From Gammaproteobacteria bacterium (lineage in GTDB: Bacteria > Pseudomonadota > Gammaproteobacteria > JBCCGL01), in NCBI GenBank assembly GCA_965277715.1, contig OZ255836.1, positions 2,208,001-2,272,000 of the forward strand: a stretch of 64,000 bases of DNA, written 5' to 3'. Shown in pieces: positions 1-8,061 of the stretch. A program made the translations under genes and the position numbers. The first letter of the stretch is position 1; each line of letters starts with the position of its first letter. The notes below the pieces were generated by a model, which made no database searches, had not been told where the DNA came from, and saw only the letters and a list, made by a program, of their open reading frames with translations.

Positions 1-178
1 AAAACACACACTCTCACATTTGAACCCGTGACATCATAAATCTGAAGAATAGAAGAGGTGCGCAACTGGATCAAGTCAATACATCCAATGGGTAGAATTT
101 CTGATTAAACAAAGTAAAGCGCCCATCGAATAGCAAATATCGAATAGGCGGTGTTTGTCAAGGTAGTTGTCCGTTTTA

Positions 179-934
179 CTATGCTACTTGCTTTTCAATT
201 CCATTGTGCTTTTGTCTCATGGCCAAGCCTTCCCTTTCCGGGTTTAACCACACCCCCGATACCGGTTCGAGGTGTTTAATATCCTGGCTCCAGCGTTCAG
301 GGTGTTTGGCCTTTGCTTGTTCATAAACTGCTTTTCTGGCTGCCAGTATCACGTGATCTTCGCCTTTATGACGTGAGGTTGGTGTCACAAACCCAATGCC
401 GCTATGGCAATGAGAGTCGTTGTACCATTGCACGAATCCATGCACCCAGTTTCGGGCAGAGGCTAAACTATCAAATGGCTTTGATGGAAAGGTAATATCC
501 CAAGACCACACCTCGTTTGGCCTTGATGCCAGGTAGCTGTTAGGTTTGTGCCGTTTTTTAGGCGCCGCCGCCTTACCTCGCCGCTGCAGTTGGTTTTCCG
601 ACTTTAACACCCGATAGAAGCTTGACTCTGATCCAATATACACACCTTCATCCGCCAATTTGGGCACAATTTGCGAGGGGGGTAGCGCTTGGTATTTCGC
701 TTCATTACAGGTGGTGACAATCAATGCCCGCTCTTCTGCTGTGAACTTATTACTAGGCGCCTGTCGATGAGCGCTGGGTCTGCCATCAGCGCGGACAGTA
801 CCCGCGTTTGCCCAGCGTCGGTACGTCTTAGGGTGTAACTCAAGCACTTTGCACGCTTTGCCTAATGTAGCGCCAGCGACAACGGCCTCTTTGATTAAAC
901 GGATACTATTTTGGCGATCTGAATGGCAGGTCAT
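179..934 (-). pseudogene. IS3 transposase OrfB with the DDE core deleted
   Basis: HTH region LPPSQIVPKLADEGVYIGSESSFYRVL, then PNEVWSWDITF joined directly to PSKPFDSLASARNWV...WYN; the integrase core with the second D and the E is missing. Confidence 0.85.
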
Positions 935-1330
935 TCGTCCTCTCCCTCCCCCAGATCGCTTGGGCCTTTTTTCTAAGCACCAGCAAAGCGGCTGTTTCGG
1001 CTAACGCTTTCTCCTTTCGGTGCAGGTCTTGTTCGAGACGTTTAATACGTTTATCCGCTTCTCTACGACTGGTTTGTAAACGTTTCGTTTGGGCGCGATC
1101 CCAGTCATTGGCTTGTTCACAAGCCATTCGCCATGCCTTAATCTGATCAGGGTACAAACCACGATGACGGCAATAAGCTGAAAGGTCTGTTTCGCTTAAT
1201 GACGCACTTTCCAGAACCGCTGAAAACTTATCCGAAGAACCCCAACCTGCTGGTGTCAAATCGCCATCTGGCATGAGTTCGCCTTTCGCTCTTGCTGGGG
1301 CTCGCCAACTATAAAGCGTACCTTTTGCCT
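906..1330 (-). pseudogene. IS3 transposase OrfA, N-terminus deleted
   Basis: TLYSWR...YCRHRGLYPDQIKAWR...KEKALAETAALLVLRKKAQAIWG is typical IS3 OrfA; start region absent. Confidence 0.8.
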
Positions 1331-1390
1331 CCTGTAAAAACTTATTGAATCCCAATTTAGGGAGGGGGACAATTAGCCTGACACAGGGGG

Positions 1391-1553
1391 AGATCGGCAA
1401 AAAAACAATAAAATGAAAGAGATAAAGTGCCCAAACAACTTCTACAGTAGAGTAGTCTTGGCTTATATATTTTGCAATACCGTCACATATAGGTATTATG
1501 GCTGTCGAGCTTATCATAAGCGTGATACTATATATCTTTGATGATAAAGTCAT
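1391..1553 (-). pseudogene. 5' fragment of a DMT/EamA transporter truncated by the IS3
   Basis: ITLMISSTAIIPICDGIAKYISQDYSTVEVVWALYLFHFIVFLP resembles EamA TM1-TM2 (D..AK.L...Y....VW.RY..H); similarity stops at the IS end. Confidence 0.6.
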
Positions 1554-1659
1554 CAATGGCAATTCTTTTTTGAATGGTAATACCACATAATTAAGATTTT
1601 AAACGCTTGATTATTGGAAAAGCCAAATAACAACACTTTGCGCACTTCAATACAACAAA

Positions 1660-4116
1660 GTGAAATCCAAAAAAACTAATATTATGGATGTGATTATGCC
1701 ACCTATTTCGCTCGAACGAAAACCACCGGTTTCGATAGATTTTATTGATAATAGCCCACGGGCTTATATTTGTCTGAATGAAAATGCGATCTGTTTATAT
1801 GCAAACCAAGCCGCTCGGCAGCTCCTATTTTCTCAGGGTGACCAACTTAAAAACCTTTCCCTTGTTTCCTCTGATGAATATATTTATAAGACTGGCTGGA
1901 AGTCTTTTTTAGAATCGATTAAGTACAATAACTTAAGGTACACAACAACTTATAAACGCAGTGATGGCGCTGCTATTGCACTCGATGTGGGAGTTCAGTT
2001 GTGCGAACTATCTGGAGAAAAATTAATTTGGCTTAGCCTGTACGATATTTCCGACTGGGACAAGCGAGAGAAATTGCTACTACAACGAGAAAGGCAATTC
2101 AGGGCTTTCTTTGAAAATTCGATGACGGATATAAATTTAAAGGATAAAGATGGGCGTTACATTATGGTAAACAGAGAGTTTGAAAGAAATTTTGATCTAG
2201 AGTGCGGCGCAGCCGAAGGCAAGCTACCGGGCGATATTTTTCCTACGGATTTCGCTAAACATGTGCGACAACAGGATATTGAGGTGATGGAGTCAGGAAA
2301 GATTAGTATACAAGAAGATACTGTGCCTAAAGGCTATGGCGATAAAGAGGAAAATACGCTATTAGTTAGCAAATTTCCTATCTATGGACCAAATAACACC
2401 CTAGAAGGTCTGGGTGTTGTAGGAACAGACATCACTTATTTAAAGAAAATTGAGGCACGCTTGCGCGCTAGTGAGGAGCGGTTTATGGATTTTGCTAACG
2501 CCGCTGCAGATTTTTTCTGGGAAATTAATAGCGAATTTAAAATATCGTTTGTATCTTCTGGTTTTTACGATTTAACCGGCCTGCCCGAAAACTCAGTGTT
2601 AAACCTCGATATTAAAACATTTGCCTACAGGTATATTGAAAATTATCAGCAACTGCACACACATTATACGGAAATAAAAAATGGCATGGGTTTTGAAAAT
2701 GTGCTTTATCATATTCAGCATCCCCAAAAAGGATTGCGTATTCTAAAAAGTAACGGCAAGCCCCTATATGATGAAACGTCTAAAATCATAGGCTTTCGTG
2801 GCGCTGGATGTGATGTCACCGAAGCACAAAACTTATCGGACAAGTTGGCGTACGAAGCAAAATATGATCACCTAACAAACCTTCTGAATCGCCGGGGGTT
2901 TGAGAGTATTTTGCAGCAATTTTTTCTTGGCAAACGACATACAGATTCCAATAAGATTTTGCTATATCTCGATTTGGATCAGTTCAAAGTTGTCAATGAT
3001 ACATGTGGTCATCCGGCGGGGGATGCGTTGTTGAAACAAACTACATTAACTTTACGGGGCGCTATTAGAGAATACGATGTGGCGGCGCGCATGGGGGGTG
3101 ATGAGTTTGCGGTGGTGTTGCAAAATTGTACGCTCAACGCAGCGATCAAATTAGCCAACCATGTTCGCGCCCATATCGCGGAGCAAAAATTTTTCTGGGA
3201 AGGCAGGCTATTCAAGGTCACGGCAAGTATCGGTATAGCAACGATTGACGATAGCGAAGATATGGCACAGTTGCTAAGTGCCGCCGATGCAGCTTGCTAT
3301 GCAGCTAAAGATCAAGGTAAAAACAGAGTTTATGTATATAGTAAATCCGATGATATGCTCCGCTTGCGTTACCGTGAGATGCATAGTTTGTCCTATATCA
3401 ACAAAGCGTTAGATGACGACAGTTTTATACTGCGCTATCAGCCTATCGTTAGTACGTCAGGCACAGCAGATGCGGTAAGCATTGGTGAAATACTCGTTCA
3501 TTTGCGCGACCCCAAAGGGAAGGAAATTTCAGCGGACAAAATCATGCAGGCGGCAGAGCGTTATGGCGTTGTAACACAAATTGACCGATGGGTTATTGGC
3601 CGTGTATTTTCTTTACTGGACACAAACAAAATAGCACTATCCAGTCAGGATATTATCGCGATCAATATATCCGCCGCTTCTTTGGGCAGTGAAGGTTTTG
3701 TCGAGTTTATTGAATCTTCACTCTCTAAGGCCAACTTTCTCAGCTCGTGTATATGCTTTGAATTGACAGAGACGGCGGTTGTGTCCAAATTGTCGCTTGC
3801 AAGGGATTTTATGCTTCGGTTGAAACGTTTGGAATGTAAGTTTGCCCTTGACGATTTCGGTAGTGGCATGTCGTCATTTTCTTATTTGAAAAATTTACCC
3901 GTGGATATCGTAAAGATTGACGGGCAATTTATTCGCAACTTGGCACAAAATCCTGTCGATAGCGCCATTGTGGAAGCCATAACAACCGTTGCTCACAAAT
4001 TGAAGTTAAAGGTTGTCGCCGAGCACGTTGAAGATATCGCACTACAGACCCCGCTCAGGGAAATCGGCGTCGATTATATCCAGGGATATGCTATAGCGCG
4101 CCCCTTTGTACTGTAG
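1660..4116 (+). CDS. PAS-PAS-PAS / GGDEF / EAL c-di-GMP signalling protein
   Basis: PAS/PAC repeats, DHLTNLLNRR, DLDQFK.VND..GH..GD, RMGGDEF, variant EIL motif, ELTE, DDFGSG, KIDGQF, QGY; AT-rich; start may be 1684. Confidence 0.92.
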   Translation: MKSKKTNIMDVIMPPISLERKPPVSIDFIDNSPRAYICLNENAICLYANQAARQLLFSQGDQLKNLSLVSSDEYIYKTGWKSFLESIKYNNLRYTTTYKRSDGAAIALDVGVQLCELSGEKLIWLSLYDISDWDKREKLLLQRERQFRAFFENSMTDINLKDKDGRYIMVNREFERNFDLECGAAEGKLPGDIFPTDFAKHVRQQDIEVMESGKISIQEDTVPKGYGDKEENTLLVSKFPIYGPNNTLEGLGVVGTDITYLKKIEARLRASEERFMDFANAAADFFWEINSEFKISFVSSGFYDLTGLPENSVLNLDIKTFAYRYIENYQQLHTHYTEIKNGMGFENVLYHIQHPQKGLRILKSNGKPLYDETSKIIGFRGAGCDVTEAQNLSDKLAYEAKYDHLTNLLNRRGFESILQQFFLGKRHTDSNKILLYLDLDQFKVVNDTCGHPAGDALLKQTTLTLRGAIREYDVAARMGGDEFAVVLQNCTLNAAIKLANHVRAHIAEQKFFWEGRLFKVTASIGIATIDDSEDMAQLLSAADAACYAAKDQGKNRVYVYSKSDDMLRLRYREMHSLSYINKALDDDSFILRYQPIVSTSGTADAVSIGEILVHLRDPKGKEISADKIMQAAERYGVVTQIDRWVIGRVFSLLDTNKIALSSQDIIAINISAASLGSEGFVEFIESSLSKANFLSSCICFELTETAVVSKLSLARDFMLRLKRLECKFALDDFGSGMSSFSYLKNLPVDIVKIDGQFIRNLAQNPVDSAIVEAITTVAHKLKLKVVAEHVEDIALQTPLREIGVDYIQGYAIARPFVL

Positions 4117-4201
4117 GAAAGAGAGAAGGGAAAAATATGGGTGTCCATAAAACAGTGTGTCACCGTGTATGTCTTCGGCCAATCATATTAGTTTTAGCTA
4201 T

Positions 4202-5140
4202 TCAAATACTGCCACTCGCTGAATCGCATCGATAATACCTGTCCTTCCCAGTCAACGGGCAACAAAAACGTAACGAAACGGCCATTAGCTGTAAGTCACA
4301 CTGATCACCACCACCGTAGAGGCGATCACCAACAATGGGGAAACCTGCAGCACTGAGGTGTTTTCGAATTTGGTGTTTGCGCCCGGTATCGATGCGTAGC
4401 TGTAATATAGATTGGTTCTGCGCTGTATCGACCTGTAATGCGTTTGCGTGTGTACGTGCAGTTCGATTATCGATGGGTTCATCAAATACAGTAACAGCAT
4501 CTTCGATGGGAAACTGCCCATGCACGATAGCACGGTACTGTTTATCGATGGTTTTATTTATAAACATAGCCGCCAATAATCCAGCGGTTTTTTTACTGTG
4601 CGCAATCAGCATTAGCCCACTGGCTGCACGGTCAAGGCGATGAATAGTCAATGCCGGACGATGCTTTTTATCATGTGTTTCAACCCAACGCGATAACGTG
4701 CAGTGGTCACCCCATTTTGACCCCTGTGACAGCATGCGTGTAGGTTTGTACCACACACTATAATCGCCTTCATCCGCGATCAGATCAGGGGGAGAAACCG
4801 TTTGCCTGAGCACGGACGGATCGTAGTAGAGGTGCAGCTCGCTACCCGGCTGTACTGTTTTTTTGGCACGCCGCAAACGCCGAACACCCCTGCTGTCGGT
4901 AACCCAAACCGCGCCTTTTTGCATAATCGATTTTATTTCCCGCACTGACAGGCCCGTAGCTTCTGATAGCAAAGTGGCCGCCCCAAAATGGGTTTGCCCA
5001 ACCTTAATATGGTGCTCTTTTGAATGAGTTATGCTGGTATTCTCTGCCACGTATTTATCTTTAAACTCTACTGGAATGGGCTGACACGCAGTGGCGCAGA
5101 GTAAATCTATACAGCTTTTTTGTCGGTTTTTGTTTTCCAA
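4202..5140 (-). CDS. RluA-family RNA pseudouridine synthase
   Basis: HRLDRAASGL catalytic motif, TGRKHQIRKH, PIVGDRLYG; true start probably downstream of 5140. Confidence 0.9.
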   Translation of the reverse strand: MENKNRQKSCIDLLCATACQPIPVEFKDKYVAENTSITHSKEHHIKVGQTHFGAATLLSEATGLSVREIKSIMQKGAVWVTDSRGVRRLRRAKKTVQPGSELHLYYDPSVLRQTVSPPDLIADEGDYSVWYKPTRMLSQGSKWGDHCTLSRWVETHDKKHRPALTIHRLDRAASGLMLIAHSKKTAGLLAAMFINKTIDKQYRAIVHGQFPIEDAVTVFDEPIDNRTARTHANALQVDTAQNQSILQLRIDTGRKHQIRKHLSAAGFPIVGDRLYGGGDQCDLQLMAVSLRFCCPLTGKDRYYRCDSASGSI

Positions 5141-6060
5141 CGGCTGATCGTAAGCCCTGAAAAAATCAACAAAAGTGCCAGCCCGGCACTCACACTCAGC
5201 ACTTCATTGAGCAGCAGCCACCCCCAAAATACGCCGAAGAGAGGCACTAGGTAACTGACCTGCGAGATAAACGTTGTGCCCACCTCCTGAATCAATTGAA
5301 ACCGCAGCAGGTAGGCCAGGCCGGTGGGAATTGCACCGAGGTAGAGCAACGCCGCCAATGAATGCCAGCGGGCATCCACTATTGCAGGGGCGTCCAGTAG
5401 CAAAGCCACTGGCAGCAGATAAGACGCTGTCGCCACGAGAACGGCGGTGGTAAAAATTCTCGGCGGAATATGCGCCAGATGGCGTGCTAAAACCGATGAT
5501 CCGGCATAACAACATGCAGCGGCAACTACCGCTAACTGAGCGATGATCGAGTGGCTGTCGCCATCGGCAATATCACCGCTCACCAGCACTAAAATACCGC
5601 TAAAGCCACACACCAGGCTTATCAGCTTGCGCAGGGTAAATCGGTCATCGCGGGTAAAGAAGTGCGAGAGTATCAGCATCATAAACGGCCCACTGGCCAT
5701 CAGTGTCGCCGCTGTGCCGCTGTCGATGCTGCGTTGTCCAAAACCTATCAGGACAAACGGCAAGGCGCTGTTGAAAAAGCCGATCACAACAATAAGCAGC
5801 CAGTCCCGGCCAGACTGGGGCAAGGGGTCTTTGTAGTGCAGCGCGAGTGCTAACAATAATACAGCGGCGAGGGCGATACGGAATGCCGCTATCACCAGTG
5901 GAGAGAAGTCATTCAGGGCGATTTCGATACTGAAGAATGACGAACCCCATATTGCACCGAGCAATACGAGTTTTCCTGTATCGAGCCATGTGGCCGTGCG
6001 GATGGTTTTCAAGCGGGTATCCAAGGATGCGATGCAGCGCAGGAATAGGGAGTTACTCAT
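5107..6060 (-). CDS. DMT/EamA family transporter
   Basis: About 10 TM helices, IWGSSF, two EamA repeats, YLVPLFGVFWG.LLLNE. Confidence 0.9.
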   Translation of the reverse strand: MSNSLFLRCIASLDTRLKTIRTATWLDTGKLVLLGAIWGSSFFSIEIALNDFSPLVIAAFRIALAAVLLLALALHYKDPLPQSGRDWLLIVVIGFFNSALPFVLIGFGQRSIDSGTAATLMASGPFMMLILSHFFTRDDRFTLRKLISLVCGFSGILVLVSGDIADGDSHSIIAQLAVVAAACCYAGSSVLARHLAHIPPRIFTTAVLVATASYLLPVALLLDAPAIVDARWHSLAALLYLGAIPTGLAYLLRFQLIQEVGTTFISQVSYLVPLFGVFWGWLLLNEVLSVSAGLALLLIFSGLTISRWKTKTDKKAV

Positions 6061-6338
6061 GCCACTAAGCGGTTTTCAGCCCCTATTTAGCCTGAGATAT
6101 GCCGGGTTAAATCCAAGGTTTCTGAAAATACGCTAAGCCATAGTACACCGGCACAATCGATAGTTAATTTTTAGGTGCATTTCTGAAGTGGAAAATACTA
6201 CACCGCCGGGAGAATAGAAAGCGCCTTGCAAAGTTGTTTGCAAGTGCGAACAGAAGCAATGTATGAATAGCAACAAACAGTCATCGACTCTGGCTTATCG
6301 CGCTTGCGTACATTTGGAGAGGCTGGAATAGCCACTGA

Positions 6339-6401
6339 TCGCTTGGTGAAACCGATTGGGTGCAATCCGTCTATGGCGTGGGCTATCGCTATAAACCATA
6401 A
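6339..6401 (+). pseudogene. C-terminal remnant of an OmpR/BaeR-type response regulator
   Basis: Reads SLGETDWVQSVYGVGYRYKP*, matching the winged-helix end I.SVYGVGYR; no upstream coding frame. Confidence 0.6.
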
Positions 6402-6415
6402 GCCTGACCAGCAAC

Positions 6416-7135
6416 CTATAACCCAAAGCGCTGGTCATTGTCTCCATCATCCCCTGCAACTTCCACCGATTCATAAAAAGCGTAAATGGCATTTACCACA
6501 TCGTCCGGGTCATCGAGGATTTGAAATAGCGCCAGATCCTCTTCAGCAATAGTACCTGAAGCCAACATACTGCCCCGCAACCAATCGATCAATCCACGCC
6601 AAAAATCACTGCCCACCAGAATAATCGGGATACGCCGGGATTTGCCTGTTTGCACCAGGGTAAGAATTTCCGCCATTTCATCTAATGTGCCAAAACCACC
6701 GGGCATCACGACGTAGGCAGCAGCGTATTTGACAAACATTACTTTGCGCGCAAAAAAATATTTAAAACTCAGAGAAATATCCTGAAAGGCATTGCCACCC
6801 TTTTCATGCGGTAGCTGAATATTCAGGCCGACACTGGTGCCTTTACCCTCATAAGCGCCTTTGTTCGCGGCGGTCATAATACCGGGGCCACCACCACTGA
6901 CGACGCTAATGCCTTCATCTGACAGCTTGCGGGCGATGGTCTCAGCCAGTTGACAATACGGGTGGCCGAGGTCAAAACGGGCCGAGCCAAAGATGCTCAC
7001 CGAGGGCCGGATACCCGCCAGGCGTTGAAAGCCGTCGACAAATTCCGCCATAATCTGAAACACTTTCCAGCTATCGCGGGTCATGGCACGGTCAATGTCA
7101 ATAGCGGCACTGATTTGCTTGAGTTTATTGCTCAT
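6416..7135 (-). CDS. LOG-family (TIGR00730) nucleotide phosphoribohydrolase
   Basis: SIFGSAR, SGGGPGIM.AANKGA, YFFARKVMF, PGGFGTLDE. Confidence 0.92.
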   Translation of the reverse strand: MSNKLKQISAAIDIDRAMTRDSWKVFQIMAEFVDGFQRLAGIRPSVSIFGSARFDLGHPYCQLAETIARKLSDEGISVVSGGGPGIMTAANKGAYEGKGTSVGLNIQLPHEKGGNAFQDISLSFKYFFARKVMFVKYAAAYVVMPGGFGTLDEMAEILTLVQTGKSRRIPIILVGSDFWRGLIDWLRGSMLASGTIAEEDLALFQILDDPDDVVNAIYAFYESVEVAGDDGDNDQRFGL

Positions 7136-7158
7136 AATGTTTACCTGCCCAGTTAGGT

Positions 7159-7779
7159 TTAACTTGAACTAAACGTCGATTTTTCACGCAAGTTACCTGC
7201 CTGCCATAAATACAGCACGACTAACGCATCGTCCTCCGTGCAAAATTGGTGCGGTAAGTGGCTGCTGACAAACACAACATCACCGGCGCAGTGGCGTTGT
7301 TCAGCCGCCGCCCCCAAGGTAAATAGCGCCGACCCTGCCAGCACGATGTAGATTTCCTCTGCCTGATGGTGGTGTTGTGGGTAGATAATATGCGGCCCCC
7401 ATACACCGATACCACAGCGCACCCGCTCACTGATAAAGGGGCCATTTTTACCGATCACTTCAGCAAAGCCATAACCTGCCAGCATGGCCTCACTGACTTG
7501 CCTGTCTGCCTTTTTATAGCTTTGTTCCCACAGCAGGCGGTGCTTATTGTCTGCAAACAGCGTGAGCAATGCCTGGATGGGTCTATTTGTGTTCTGTCGA
7601 GCTGGGCGCGTTGGGGTGAGGTAATCCGCTGCGGCAAGGTGTGATGGTGTTACACCCCGCCACTCTACGCCCCAGTTTGCCACGCCCGCTTTAAAACGTG
7701 CTACAGCGGGGTCTGGGTGTGCGGCGATAAAGCCTGTGATGGCGTTTAACAGCGCTTTGTCTGATGTTTCATTACACAT
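7159..7779 (-). CDS. DMSP-lyase-family cupin (DddQ-like)
   Basis: FAEVIGKNGPF...GVWGPHIIYPQHHHQAEEIYIVLAG...HLPHQF...LYLW cupin motifs in DddQ-like arrangement. Confidence 0.7.
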   Translation of the reverse strand: MCNETSDKALLNAITGFIAAHPDPAVARFKAGVANWGVEWRGVTPSHLAAADYLTPTRPARQNTNRPIQALLTLFADNKHRLLWEQSYKKADRQVSEAMLAGYGFAEVIGKNGPFISERVRCGIGVWGPHIIYPQHHHQAEEIYIVLAGSALFTLGAAAEQRHCAGDVVFVSSHLPHQFCTEDDALVVLYLWQAGNLREKSTFSSS

Positions 7780-7781
7780 AG

Positions 7782-7886
7782 CGATGCCAGACAGGTACTT
7801 CAATTAACCGATGCATGGGTTTGCTCGGATTTTTGGTAGCGTTTTTGTGCAAGTTCATCTTCCATATAACAATGTAACTGGGGCAT
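7782..7886 (-). pseudogene. Ribbon-helix-helix (CopG/VapB-like) antitoxin remnant
   Basis: MPQLHCYMEDELAQKRYQKSEQTHASV then frameshifted KYLSGI; resembles MPQLHxYVxDELAxxxxxxAxxxxxSVSKYL RHH proteins. Confidence 0.5.
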
Positions 7887-8061
7887 GAAGTTCTCTACTT
7901 ATTCAAAGTATGGGTGGGTTGTGTGGAACATAGTACAACCATTGGTGGTTCTCTACCGGACAATGTCATCCCTCGACTGCAATCCGAACCCCCAACAATG
8001 AGAAAAAGCAGTATTCTTAGCGGATCACTTCACCCCTTCGTAACAAAGGTCAAACACACCC

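Larger units (their letters stand above)
156..1383 (-). mobile_element. Internally deleted IS3-family insertion sequence
   Basis: Imperfect terminal inverted repeats TGTCAAGGTAGTTGTCC (156-172) and revcomp TGTCAGGCTAATTGTCC (1367-1383), 14/17 match, enclosing orfA/orfB remnants; true ends may extend a few bp further. Confidence 0.85.

Noticed and set aside
906-1586. Membrane-protein/transposase fusion of 226 aa
   Set aside because: Chance in-frame join of a truncated DMT gene, the IS end and a deleted OrfA
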